The position numbers and the translations under genes were made by a program. DNA of 64,000 bases from positions 5,433,888 through 5,497,887 of the forward strand of contig NC_092676.1 of assembly GCF_964355755.1 (NCBI RefSeq). The letters run 5' to 3'. Positions within the stretch are counted from its first letter, which is position 1. Each line of letters begins with the position of its first letter. This DNA is from Antedon mediterranea. Lineage: Eukaryota; Animalia; Echinodermata. Below, piece after piece: positions 1-15,100 of the stretch. The notes beneath the pieces were generated by a model, which saw only the letters and a program-made list of their open reading frames with translations, ran no database searches and was not told the DNA's origin.

Positions 1-3000
1 AAGACTATGGCCATATGAAACCTATATATTCAGGGTACACATTGTTTGGTAACTAAGCCAGTGTTAATGTACAGTAAAACAAATTAATCATATCAGACTA
101 TAGAATACTCCATGAATATGATATTATTTATTATTTTATTTGATTAATTTATGGCAAATACAAACATTAACTTGGCACAAATAGCTTTATTGTGCCAAGA
201 AGTGGGAAAAGAGGCCAATAGCTTCTGTAGGCCCTTCCAGCATGACACGATAATAATTTATAGAGAATGATGTCACAGTACTGAACTTGGCAAAGCATAA
301 AGGAAATGCACAACCAATACGTCTATTAAGTAACAATGAAATTAAACTCCCGAGGAATATCATCATATCCCTATGGAAAGTTTATGGGATTGTGCCTTAT
401 CCCAACGGAAAATGTATGGGGTTGTGTCCTTTTGAAACAAGTCTTCCTATACATGGTGATACACTAACACAAACTGTACTATGTATGCATGTAATGTTAC
501 AGTAAATAATCCTCTATATGTTTTTCCAATATATTAATAATACATGCACGACATGACTAAATTTATAACTATGAATTGAATTTAGATCAGAGGCATAAAG
601 TTTCTAGGAAAAAACAATCAAACGTAGTCCTACATCCTTTTTTGAATAATAAACATACAATGTTTAAACTCTTTTTGTGAATAATTTTAAAGAGAAAACA
701 GATGAAATATAGCAACACAAATAAGATTCCTATTGCGGATTGCAAGCCAGTTTAAATTATACATCGTTTGTGATGTCAATTTTTATTATTGTATTTTTCA
801 GGGATAGATCCATTTTTGTGTTCATGATGCATGACAAAAATATGCAAACAAGAGGTTTATAAACAAGACATTTTGGGGGTGGGGTGGGGGTGCGGGGGAG
901 GGATATGTTTATATAAATGGAAAGGATGTTTCCATTGAAGCAATCAAATGAAATAATATTATGTTACATGCTGTTTGTTAATATATATACCTATGTTTTT
1001 AGAGGGAAGAATACAGTAGGGAAAGGGTTAGGTTCAGGCAAAAAAGAAATCTTTACTCTCTGAGGTAGAAATTTGAATCAATCTATGTGTATCAATATTT
1101 TAAAAAAATAAATACAACATTTTAATTTTGTTATTGGAAATGATGTTGACACTGAGATAATTATCAAATGGAACTACTGTACAAACATTAATATTAATAT
1201 AATATATGTTAATATATACATTCTAATGATATTTACATACTGTAGACCTATGTTCTTTTAAACCATAGAGAAAGGTTGAGAACTTTTGTAAGTCTTTGAT
1301 TGACACTGAAGTGTTTAGGGTGATGTCATGAATAATGTTGCCAAACTTCCGACAACATCAAGCACTTACGAAAGTTAAGAAAAGAAAAGCTATCGGAAAA
1401 AATTCATACAAAAGCAGCAGCTGATATAAATAAAAAAATTGCAAAATGTTTGGCATGTTTCCGAAATAATTTGATCCCTTTAATGGTCTATATAGAGAAA
1501 TTATGAAAATCATAATTTCATTATTTTAGCAGCCAATGTAAATGACCTTGTAGTTAATAATAATCATTCAATTCATAATGGTTGAGTGACCAGTAACAAG
1601 GAATGAATTCACTGATATATACATCCTGGTAATCCAAATTAAATTCTACAGCACTTGAAATTAGACCTACCACAATGATATTGACACTGATTTTCCGGTA
1701 ATAAATTACCAACATGGATCTCGTTGTTCTGGCATGATGGAAATTGTTACATGTTCACACTCACAAATATTATTTATTATGTACCAACACAGAAGCTCTA
1801 TTCACACAGAATTGTAGTAAGCTCAGTGATGTAACCACAAGAAATAATAGCGGGGGGGGGGGGGGGGGGGGGGGTGTGAATCAAGGGATGGTGGGGGGGG
1901 GGGGGTCCCTTTAGCTCAGTGCCCCCACATAAATTTCGTAAATTGTTATGCAAAGGCTCAGCCCTTCATTTCACTATTTTTAGGCCCTGCGATCCACCCC
2001 CACATTTTTCAAAATCCTGGATCAACCACTAAATAAAATTGTCGGTTTTCGTAAGAAAAGGCAACAATCTCTGTTCAAGTCACTGGGTTGTCAAAGGCCT
2101 CTGTGAAAAAGTGGACAGGTTGAAACCTTACCAACCGTACTGGTGCCTACAGCTCTGAAGTTGAAACCCAGAATTATTGCTGATTAAAAACGCAAGGAAA
2201 AAGTAATATTGCAGCGACTTATTCGTGAAAATTAAATGTGAAAATGGTCCCACTAAAAGGTGTAGATTTTTCATTTATGTATGTATGGAAAAGAGGTTCG
2301 AAAATAATTGCGGAATTGAGCTGTTCAAAATTTTAAAATTTGTTCATAATTTCCTTAACTGCCAGCAAGTAGGTGTGCCGACATAAGGATGTGATGATTT
2401 TTTTTACCATACTGTTGGTGCTGAGATTATAATTAACAGTGTGTGGTATCTGAAATTTAGTTTATACTGTAAGTACATGAAGGTACGGGATTTTATTGAG
2501 CATGGCGCTACTAGGTCAAATGGTATCCTGTATAAATATACTATAAGTAAAATACTTTAATTATCTGTGTTGCAATTGCCTAGTAGCCCCACTTCGATCT
2601 TATTTAAATAAATGTCATGCATACAAGGTGTTATAAGTTGACTATGGTCAGCTCAAAGTCTACAGACAACGATCTCTTTTATCAGTAATGTTGTTTGCTT
2701 GCTAGGGTTGGTACCAATTTAAACGATGATACAATTGCCTATACGTGCGGTATGGCGATAGCAGGCCATGAGAATTATCTACTAAGGTAGCCATTAAGTA
2801 TGCATGAATATATGACTTGGCTTTTCTAACATGCAGGCCAACCATGATGGGTTAATAATTCATAATTCTCAAACATTTGATGACTAATATTAATAATTCT
2901 TTCTCCATTTGCGACCTTATTTTCAGTGATAACATATTCTTAGGAATGGGTAATAATACTAACTTTCGCCTAGCAAAACTACGAGTTTACAAATACCATA

Positions 3001-3081
3001 CAAAACGCTCTTGTTTATGTCCATATGTACAGTATATAAACTCCCAAGTTTTGCTGTGGAAGAGGTATTATTCTGTCTTAC

Positions 3082-3119
3082 GCAAGCTTGTGTTCAGCAA
3101 TAGCAGTTTGTTTCATAAC
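3082..3119 (-). CDS. NHERF-like gene, putative small exon 4 ([13 protein letters not shown])
   Basis: TAG acceptor, open frame in phase 0, GTAAGA donor; the pyrimidine tract is weak. Confidence 0.45.
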
Positions 3120-6100
3120 CTATTTTCCCCTTCTTTCAACACATAGATATCAAATTTAAAATTAGGTGAACCAGTCCCAATCAAAGTCAAGGTATTAACC
3201 AATGTAATAGTGTAATCTGTTCAGCCTATGGCCCATGTCATCATAAAGAAATAGGTTAAATTTGATGTACATGTGCAATTGTCTTACCTGTGGTTTTGCT
3301 GGTTCTACTGGGGCTGGTACTACTGGAGCTTGGACTACTTGGGCTGGTATAGGTACTTCCTCTTCTTCATGCTCTTCTTCTACAACTACTACTGGTGATG
3401 GCACCTCTTCCTCTTGATGGACTGGTTCTGGTTCTGGTACTGGTTCTTCAGGTGGAGGAGGAGGAGGAAAGTCGTCGCCAGAATCTGATGGCTGTTCTTC
3501 TACTTGTGATTCTAATTGTGTTTCTACTGGTGCTGGGTATTCTTCTGTTTTCTCTTCTTGGTTGTCAACTGGATCTTCTGTGATGGCGATTGCTGCCGCA
3601 GCAGCTACTGGAACTTCAATTTCTTCACTAGACTGACTTACACCATTTACCTGTACATATAAATAAAAAAACATTCAGGATCATGTCAAAACTTCTACTG
3701 CAGTTACTGCAGTAACTTCATTTGTTACTCCAACACATGATTCAGTTTGTTTCTATGTGGAGGTCTATATGGCATTTACTATAATCAACAGTGGATGACT
3801 GTAAAGAATAAATTCAATGAACACTGGTTAGTGACAAAGGTGTATCACGATACAGTACTTCAGTTAGTGTTTGGGGTGTTTCACAACATTATTTAGAAAC
3901 TTTATAACATTGATGGTACTTTACTGGGTTCTTTATTTCTTACGTCTCCTAAGCTGGTGTATCCAGGATATTATTATTATTTTTAAATTACCTCAGGCTT
4001 TTCTTCTGCTTTTCCATTCTGTTGTGGTTTTTCTTTTTCCTCTTCTTTGTATCCCGTTATCATTTCTTTTTTTACGGTAACCCCTCGTTTCTTAAACCAA
4101 GCGTCTAGGTCTTTGTCAACGACCAATAAAATGGTCACGCCTGGTTTCGCTTTTATCCTCGCTACGACTTGTGAATGTGTTTCTCGTTCAATATTTACAT
4201 GATTTACTTCAATAACTCTGTCACCAGCTAACAGTCCTGCTCGTTCTGCAGGAGAATCTAAAGAGAGAAATTGATAAATATTTCATTTCATTTATATAAA
4301 AAATGGCTGGGGCTTCTAAAGACACAGTGAAGCTCTATAGCCAGTCTCAGCTATTCATAAAAGACAATGTTAAAATAAACTAATTATTCATATTCTATAG
4401 AAATATACATGAACTCCAAGAGCACACACCCCCGTCTAGGCATATGAAAATCACATATTCCCATACAGCTATAAAACCATCCTTTAAAATCTTATGAAAA
4501 TCGAGCACTCATTTTTTGAGTAATCCTGCTAACTAACAAACACAGAAAGGAACACACCCGATTGACCTCATAACCTCTCGCCATTTTGTTGCAGGTAAAT
4601 ATGTTGTAGAAATACCAAATCCTAATATTCATAATTAACAGGCATAGAACAAATTCTAAAATGAACATTATTAAAAGAAACAAACAATAATAATTAATAT
4701 TTAAATTTCTAAATAAATGATGTATGTTGAAATGAGATACCAATAATAATTAATTTTCACAAAGGAAGACACAGACAATAAACTAATTAATATTCATATT
4801 ATTCTTGAAGAAACAAACATTATCTTGTTGAAATATAAACCATAGTGAATATAAATTTAATATGTTCTCGGTACTATTCTTCAAATACAAATTATCATCT
4901 CCTTAAACAATAAATTTTTATTTGGTTGATGGCTTTGCAGTAGTAAAGAATTAAAGATTAGCTGGTATATAAGAGTGAAATAACAACTCCATAAATGTGT
5001 TTTAATAACAACCAAATTATCGACAATTTGTTATGTCAATTTAGGAATCATTTCAAAATTATTCTGCTGTAGTTACTGCAGTAACCGTATTTTTTTACTG
5101 CAATAATGTATGATATCATTTTGTTTCTATTATTACAACCAAATTATCAACAATTTGTTATGTGTTGTCAATTTAGGAATCATTTCAAAATTATTCTGCT
5201 GTAGTTACTGCAGTAACCATATTTTTTTATTGCAATAATGTATGATATTATTTTTTATCTATGTACTGTAGGTTTACAGGTATGAGTCACTGCCATCAAC
5301 TTGTATATATTTTTTTTACCAAAAAGAGCTTGACCAAATAATTGCATAAACAGGTTTAAATAGTAAACAAATGTAATTACTGCAGTAACTGCAGTAGAAT
5401 AATTACACGGTCCTGGCGGAACTAATCTATCCCCTCTCCCACTCATCAACCTACACCCATGTTTGTTTATTTATTATTTACTAAAGAACACTCAACACCT
5501 ATCACTATTGTAGTTATGATCCTATTCAATTCAATTCACTACAATGAAGGATATTCATTTTAGTGGTCACAAATTAATCATGAACTCTCCCCTGAAATTG
5601 ATTTCTTTCAAACACATGTTTGCTTATAAACAAAAGAACATATTTTATAAGTTATTTCTAAAAAACCATGTCAAATAAATGTTTTCTTCATCTGTTCACT
5701 TTCTTATTTGTTTAAGCATGGAGGTATAAAAATCAAATAAAGCTAGCCTACCACAAGTGTCAGTGTTTTAAGTGTCGGTACTACACCTAAGTTTTTTTTA
5801 TTGCGATTTGATTTTACAACTGTTACTGTTATACATCTTGCATTGTTAACTTTATTTCAATTAAACTGTAACAAATCATAACACAATTCAACACCTCAAT
5901 TTAAAAGTAAAACTATAAAAAAATCATTGAAAAATCAATGGAACACTCCACGATTTATTTAAACCTTGTTCACATGTCTGACCATAAAACCAATCGCGAG
6001 CGGTCAACTGTTCTCTAGTCGATTGGTGGTTGGAGCGAGAATGTGATCATTTTGTTTTGCAAAAAATAACTTTAAAACTCTTGGATTTGAATTCAACCAT

Positions 6101-9100
6101 GTGTAAAGAATAAAAGAAAAACTCCCACGATAACAACTGCCATTCAGAATTCAATAAGATTTCAAAGGCAAAGAATACTTTTGGGTTGACATGAATGGTT
6201 ATATATATAGGTGACTCATTTAACGGATCAGTAGTTATACTTTGTGACCGAGACTGGCCTTCATATTGATAGAATTGTATGTATAGTAATAGTAGACGGA
6301 CTTTTATATGGGTGTACAGTACCATGACTGTACAGTAACTGGAGGTTCACTGATCCACCTAGCGACACAGCTTATCACTGGGTGGATCCCAGGCATTTTT
6401 GATAATTTAAGATCTCTTTCAAACACATTACCAGATTTAGGCTGATAGACAAAGGCCTAAGCCAACTTCAGAAAGTCGGAAAAAATGTGAAGGAAGGAGA
6501 AAAGGAGATTGGGAAAATGTGAGGGTGAAAAGGGAGAGGAAAATGGGAGGGTGAAAAGGGAGAGGAAAATGGGAGGGTGAAAAGGGAGAGGAAAATGGGA
6601 GGGTGAAAATGGAGAGGAAAATGGGAGGGTGAAAGGGGAGAGGAAAATGGGAGGGTGAAAGGGGAGAGGAAAATGGGAGGGTGAAAGGGGAGAGGAAAAT
6701 GGGAGGGTGAAAGGGGAGAGGAAAATGGGAGGGTGAAAAGGGAGAGGAAAATGGGAGGGTGAAAGGGGAGAGGAAAATGGGAGGGTGAAAGGGAAGAGGA
6801 AAATGGGAGGGTGAAAGGGGAGAGGAAAATGGGAGGGTGAAAGGGGAGAGGAAAATGGGAGGGTGAAAAGGGAGAGGAAAATGGGAGGGTGAAAAGGGAG
6901 AGGAAAATGGGAGGGTGAAAGGGGAGAGGAAAATGGGAGGGTGAAAGGGGAGAGGAAAATGGGAGGGTGAAAAGGGAGAGGAAAATGGGAGGGTGAAAAG
7001 GGAGAGGAAAATGGGAGGGTGAAAGGGGAGAGGAAAATGTGACGGTAAAGGGGGAGAGGAAAATGGAAGGGTGAAAGGGGAGAGGAAAATGTGACGGTAA
7101 AGGGGGGAGAGGAAAATGAGAGGGTGAAAGGAAAATGGGAGGGTGAAAGGGGAGAGGAAAATGTGACGGTAAAGGGGGAGAGGAAAATGGGAGGGTGAAA
7201 GGAAAATGGGAGGGTGAAAGGGGAGAGGAAAATGTGACGGTAAAGGGGGAGAGGAAAATGGAAGGGTGAAAGGGGAGAGGAAAATTTGACGGTAAAGGGG
7301 GAGAGGAAAATGTGACGGGGGAGAGGAAAATGTGACGGTAAAGGGGGAGAGGAAAATGGGAGAGGAAAATGTGACGGTAAAGGGGGAGAGGAAAATGGGA
7401 GGGTGAAAGGGGAAAGGAAAATGGTATGGCATAGTGGGAAAGGGTATGGAAAAAAGGGTGCTTTTCTGTAACCTCTCAGCATATGATTAGTACATGCATT
7501 GATAGGTACAGTAGCATATTTGGGCAATTTATAACCAAATATACAGTTTTATACTCTCTCAAACATACACCTTTTCCAGTACTGTACATATTTGTACACT
7601 ACTGTACTACTATGAAATAATACAACCACTTGTTTCTATTTATACAGATTCACTAGTATTATCTGTGTTTATAATACTCTGTTTATGTTTATGACCTGAA
7701 TATAATGGTAGGAATGTGTGAATCTTTTCACTTCAATTCACCCTGATGCCTGAATTCCAGCTGTCACTGCTGTATCAATGTACTGTACAGTACATCTTAT
7801 TTTAACATAACTCACTATATAAAACAACGAAATACCAATACTGAATATAGTTGGTATACAGTACAATATGAATATCCCATTAAACAATATGAATATTCCA
7901 ACTCCACATTTACAAGGACTGATACATTCTGTAGAGTTTCAAGATTAAATCGTAAAATATGTGTTAAAAAGTATGGGTAGGAATATTACTGTTTTACAAA
8001 TAATGAATGTTTATGTGTTTCATGAGTTTAAGTAATGTCATGATGTGAATGATGATAAAGTTATATGTCAACGAGGCGAAGCCGAGTTGAAAGATAACTT
8101 TTCATCATTCACCAAATACCATTATTTGTACCATTACACGAATATAGAACTCATCCAGCTGGCTAATTCTGTTTGTTTTTTTCAACGATTCTACATTGTG
8201 GAGATGTTCCCATTAAAATAATCAAAATCATACAAACAAAAGCTAATTTAAATGTAGTAATAGTGCATACTATTGCACACCATGTGACCCACAATCGTCC
8301 AATCAAATGACCGGAATTTATTTAGGTGTTATAAAAACAATACTACTGTACATTTATATATATTAATGTATTCAATGTACTAGTTGAATGGTGGGAATAG
8401 GGTATTCCTGAGTTGAAAGATTGACTATTCTATTGTTGAATAGGGTAGTCATTACTTTAAACAAATTTAAATCTAACTAAAGTAATCAGAATAATTTTAT
8501 CCCACTAGGACAATAGGATGGACATACAAAAAAGTGTACACTTGGTCATTGTTGTGATAACAGTTTAGCATTGACCTCAAGGTCAAGTACAACATGGTTC
8601 TTGAAACTCAATAGGATCCTATATATTCTAATTCTTAAACAATACTTTTATTTACATGAAGGAATTTAAAACCACATAATTGCATAAAAGCAGTAATATA
8701 AATCTAGCCTTGTACAACAGGTTTCTTGAACTCAATAGGATCCTATATTCTTAAAGGAAGGAATTTAAGACCACAGAATTTATATAAGGTGTATTTAGTC
8801 CTGTACTGTACAACTGGTTTCTTGACCTCAATAAGATCATATATATTCTTAAACAATACTTTATTTAACATGAAGGAATTGAACATCACAGAATTGCATT
8901 TAAGCAATTCTGTAGTGCAACTCCAGCTTTCATTTCCATGGCATACCTAGACACCTTGTACTTAAGAAATCAAATGGTGCGGTTTTCGCATAAAAAGGCA
9001 ACATTCTCTGTTCAAGCCACTGGGTTGTCAAAGGCCTCTGTGAAAAAGTGGACAGGTTGAAACCTAATACCAACCATACTGGTGGCTATATGGCTCTGCT

Positions 9101-12100
9101 ACTATAGTAGAGCCTAGAGGGTACAGAAAAAGCGAACGATGATGGTGGGTATATGTTTGATGTTCCCACTTGAGGCCATGGGTCAACGACTGTACCGTTT
9201 ATGGAGAGGGGTGTTCAATGTGTTTATGAAATACTGTACAGAAATATCACCATATGCCATATTTTTGGTTTATCCATGTATTAAAGCAAGGCACACAAAT
9301 GCCTGGGCGATGTGTCAGCCATGATGTAAAGAATTTAATCAAACATGATTATTTTAATACTTCATTAGTTCTAATACCCATTAATCAGATATTAGGACAT
9401 ATACAAATATATGGGCTTAATTAATTAGACCTTGCTCAAATATATAGGCCTAATTAGTTAGGCCATTGTTACGGTATACTTAAATTTCACATTTAATTGG
9501 AGCTAAGATATAATTTATCATCCACTAAATCATTAGCTACTAATAGTACTATCATAATACTATTATGATAATTGATATTGAGAAAATTAGGAGAACATTT
9601 TAGACTCACTTAAAACTAAAAAAAACACAAAAAAACATACTGTAGTAGTTTACATAATATTTTGGGAGTATTTTTTAGGCCTACACTAAAAATGTTTAAA
9701 AAATGTTCAAAAATAGTAATTAATATTATTACAGGAATTTTTAAATTCATACAATACTGCTTTGTTTTACCATGTAGTAGTATAGTGTATTGTACCCACT
9801 GGATCCGCCTCTGATAATTGTTTTCTCAATACTGTATAACACAAAGTCTAATTTACACGGAAAAAAGAAATTTTTACCATCTACACAGTATAGTGTACCC
9901 CCTGGATCTGCCTCTGATATTTATTTTCTTTTTTAAATACTGTAAAACACACAGTCTAATTTACACTGAAATAATTTTGTTATTTTTTTTAAACATCTAC
10001 AGTATACAGTAGTGTATTTATTGTACAGTACCCCCCCTGGATCTGCCTCTGAAATTTAATTTGTTATTTTTTGTTAACATCTACAATATAGTGTACCCCC
10101 TGGATCTGCCTCTGAAATTTATTTATTTTTTTCAAATACTCTATAACACGACACAGTCTAATTTACACGGAAAAGATTTTCATTTTTTTAAAAACATCTA
10201 CAGTACTGTATAGTGTATTGTACCCACTGGATCTGCCTCTGATAATTTATTTTCTTTTTCAAAGACTGTATAAAATATAACACACAGTGTAATACACGCT
10301 AGAATGGATACTAAAATGAACACAGTGTCTAACAATATAAACACTATCAGATTATACTACACACAAAAACACCAGACAAAAATTAAACATGTATTTGATA
10401 CAAATCCTTCTATTCATCATCAACGACAGGAGTGACATGTATTTTTGAGGTGATCTTTTGTTTGCAGGGTAATGAGGCGTAAGCTTAGGCATTTGCTAGA
10501 TAAGTACACCCCAATACCTAATCCTAATATTGATATACTACTGTACAGGCTACGAAATATATATTTATATATATAAACACATCAGGCAAAGAACATTAAT
10601 TCTAAACCACCCGGTGATATACTGAAATTTAATTAATTTGAAACGATAAAGATGAGGAAATCTGTGAGAATGAGAAAAAGTCGCCCCAACCGAGACTCGA
10701 ACTCGGACCGTCTGCTTGATATGCAGTTTGTCCTAACCATTAGACCACTGGGGCTTTCATGGTACTGTTCAAACTCGATTGGATAGCGATTCTTTAACAT
10801 TCTCGGCGTGGTACGGCGGAACAGCACTAGTCCCTCAATTGTACGCACGCGCACCAGAGATCAAATTGATACGCCCTCATCTATTCAGTATTTTTATTCA
10901 CGAAGCGGGATCTCCGAAGAGATACTTTTATATATATAAACACATCAGGCAAAGAACATTAATTCTAACCCGCCCGGTGATATACTGAAATTTAATTAAT
11001 TAATTTGAAACGATAAAGATGAGGAAATCTGTGAGAATGAGAAAAAGTCGTCCCAATCGATATATATATATATATACTGTATTTATCCAATCTGCACAAG
11101 TACTGTTTCGATTTTATTAGATCTCGTCAGTGCAGCTCAGGTTTCGAAATGAAATGTACAGTACCGCAGAACTGGCACAATATATAGGCTGAACCAGTTA
11201 TGTTATTTATAATGTTCTCCCAAAACCAAATTTGTAAGTAAAATTTACGGAAATAATTTACGAAAATAAAAAAAATCACAAGTATAGTCAAACATGTACA
11301 CAAAACTGTACAACCACTAGTGATTAATTATGTGTGTAGGCTTGGGAAACTATCTGTAGAATAAGGGATCATGTCAGTTTTATTCTGCTGCAGTTACTGC
11401 AGTTAACTACATTTTTTTTACTCCAATAATGTATGATATAGTTTGTGTTAATGTAGAAAGCTTATGAGGCAGTTACTGCAATAAATAGTGTATATTTTGA
11501 GAAAAAAAAGCTTACTAAATAATAATATAATAAAACGGGTTAAAATACTTTTTTTAATGTAAAGTTATTTACTGCAGTATTCTGTAGAATAATTTAATAA
11601 AAATCACTCACTACAATAGATAGTGTGTATTTCGACAAAAAAACCTTGCTTAATAATGATATTACATACAGTAATAAAACAGGTTTAAAGTACTTTCTTT
11701 TAAATGTACAGTAGTTACTGCAGTGTAGAATAATTTTTTACATGATCCCTAAATGGTTTTTTAGAAGAAATCTAATGAATTTCTGAGATATAAAATGTAA
11801 TAATTGTTCTTATCGAGACAAAATATAACACCAGCGAGTCTGTTGTATTTAAGATATAGATCAATTCTACATACAAAATAGCAATACAGTGTTTATGCAC
11901 TCAACTATGAGGAATCAGTGTACACTGTATAAAATACTGTAGCAATTAATATTACACATTTCCAAATCAATAACACGGACAATGAAGAACAACACCTTTA
12001 TATCTATAAATACAGGTAAACATGTATATTGTTGTCTGTGCCTGGTCAGTGAAATACAGTAGGAAAGATGATACTCTCTCCTCATCCTTCGGTTTAGGCT

Positions 12101-15100
12101 ATTAAGTTGTTGGGCATAATGCATAATAAAAAACGGTTAGAGAGATCATCTGCTGATTTGCTGAGCCTAAGGGCCTGTTCAGACCTATGGAGTTATTCTT
12201 TCTTATCGTAGGTGCCGTACAACTCCATAGGTCTGAACCAGGAAAAGATTAGTGGCCACCTCTTACGACACTGATCTTTAGTTTGTTCCGACAGCATAAA
12301 ATACAAGAACAGTGAACGATGCTTACGATACAAAAGTAATGCATCAACGATTTTGATTTCTAACCAATCAAATTTACTCCTGCAGACCCAAATCGGTGAC
12401 ACTTCAGTTTCAAACGAAAGCGTTAGTTAAGCAAATCTGAACAATTTGTATAATATGACATTGCTTGCGATAAGTACAGTTGGTGTTCTCAGAACTGGGT
12501 CATCCTGATTTATGGTTGTTGGTGTTCCTATGGTTCCTGGGGTTTCCCAGTTCCTGGCTTACACTAGTATATAATACCGCCGGATATTGTAATAATCCCG
12601 ATCCAATCATATCCTATCCTGCAAGGAGACTTCATTAATTTTTTTCTTTCAACTCTATAATACTGTATACTGTTACGGTATCTTTGGAATTAAATATTTC
12701 TAAAGCTCTGTCTACACTATCAAACTTTATATGACAAAAAAATGTGATTTGCCAATATATGATAATGATGTCATATCACTACCATATTTGGTTATATCAC
12801 TACCATACTTGGGCACATCACACTTTCTTGTTATGAACTAGTTTGATAGTGTAGAGAAAGCTACAGATATACCGATATTTTTCATTTCGTATAACTCAGC
12901 CATTAATGTACTTCACACACAGAGTTTGTTAAATGTCAAAATGGTCATGTCATACTGTATAAAGAAACGGTTGTCAAGGAGGCAAATTTCCTCTTTAAAT
13001 TCTTCAATAAACTAGCATACTGTATGTTGACAGTAGATCTACCTATTCAAATGCTACAGTACTTCCTGGTTTTGGTTTAGAGTACACAAAGTGTTCATTC
13101 AATAATTAAGAAATACCTGAGTAAACTTAACACCTTAATCAGGGGCGGATCCAGCATTATAGATTGGGGTTGGGGGTGGGGAGAGGGCTAAATATTTTAT
13201 AAGTGATAAAAACCATTCGTCGGATTGCAGAAAAATGAAAATAGCATTATTTTATTTTAAAAAGACATGGCGCCTCTTAGTTGGAATTGAGGGTGGGGGG
13301 GGGGGGGTAAAGCCTGTTTATTTTCCGCCTAAGCAAAACATTGCCGTTCAATTGGATTTGCCGGCGCCGAACCAGAACCATGCCGGAACAGGTGTGAAAG
13401 ACCAAGCCTGTCATTACAGGGACAAGAAATAACCTGTCCTCCCTCTAGTCTCCCCACAATATGGACTTCTGTGCCTCTTTGTTTTTTATGGTAGATCTAC
13501 AGTTACTACATACAGATAATAATAACAATAATGGAAATTTGTAAAGCGCAAGCATCCGTCTAAAAAAAGACGCTCACTGCGCTACTGACAACAAAGAACA
13601 TGAAAAAAGTTACAAATCTTAAAGACTATACAGTATATTATTGTATACTGATAACAAGTCTACAGCAAATTACCATGCATAGCATTTAATTACCTTTGTA
13701 CTTACACTACAGTAGTACGATAATAAATAATCTATAATTATTAATAAGCGAGATTTTATTACAAATGACTTCTAGGCCTACAGTACAGTACATGAATTAC
13801 AGTAGGATGCAATGTCTATTAAACGTTGTAACAGCTGTAAATTGAAATATGTTGTATACAAATAGTTAAATTAAATCAATCACTTTAGAAACTAGGCTAA
13901 ATTTTATATTTATTCAGCACATACAGTAATTAAGATACTGTATACAGTACAGTAGTATAGAGAACCCCCAGATTTTAATAATAATAGGCTACTTTTAATG
14001 GTGACATCACCAATAAATAAATTTTCCTAAATTTAAAGATGTCGAAAATTACAAAAAAAATTACCGTATTTATTCGAGTAAATGCACGGCTTTAAATAAA
14101 CTCCTCCCTCGACTGAATGTCCTCAATAGAACATCGATTAGAATAAACGTCCCACCCCCACCACACTACTCTCAAATAAATGCCCATGGGCCTTTATTTT
14201 TTTCTCAAACAAACGGCCCGCCACATGCATACTGTATATACAGTATTCAGTATAACAAGCATTTTGATAAATGTATACAGTATTATCACTTTTGCAAAGT
14301 AAAAAAGATGGAATACAATATATTCAATTTTAAGATATTAACTATCTAGTCTTTTAAGGCGAGCAAGTGCGATCACTCACCTAACACACTCTTAAACTGC
14401 CCTTGAGGTGTGTGATTTACAACATGCTTAAATTTGGTAAACTTCTACACACCAAAATACTAACAGCACAACTACAACACGCACCCCTGAATGTATTGAG
14501 GAGTGCAATTTGTAGCACACCTATAATTTTCAAAAGACAAGGCCTGTATTACTGTAACTGTACAATTTGACTAGGTAAACATTGATAATACATGTACAGT
14601 ACTGTACTATATAATCACAACACACTCTTCAAAGTGATATCAAATTTCGATGGTAAATATAATTATCTAATGATACGAGAGGTAGAATGAATCAATCACA
14701 TGTTTCATGATTTCGCATCCAGGTGCTAATCACAGCTACTGTAATCTCTTCATTTTTCAGATACTGGTGATTTTCACAATCAGTCAATTTATTTTATAAA
14801 ACACCTCGATTTTTGTCATTTGGTTTGACAATTGTTTGTGTAATATTAGTTGTATTGTGCATAAATAAAAGGTACGCAGCATTTTTTCATCACTTTATTC
14901 ATTAATGACACAGCTTTTTCGCATTGATACCATGTGGTTAGATCAAGCTCAAAGCTTACGTTTTTTCTGTACCGAGTAAAGTGTAAACATACGCATTACT
15001 AACCAATTATCCAACATTCCCTGTGGAGAAACCGGATTAAACTCATCAATCATCATGGCAACTACTGCATGAAAACCAATAACAGTATTAAAATCTCAAA

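Noticed and set aside
1852-1905. Poly-G runs as a regulatory G4 element
   Set aside because: Part of a common GGATCC-ended dispersed repeat, and homopolymer length is unreliable
6437-7527. 331 and 356 aa Pro/Phe/Ser ORFs
   Set aside because: Stop-free translations of the 26-bp minisatellite, open in several frames
10682-10754. Functional tRNA gene
   Set aside because: Mismatched anticodon stem, atypical loop start, and location inside a repeat unit; treated as tRNA-derived
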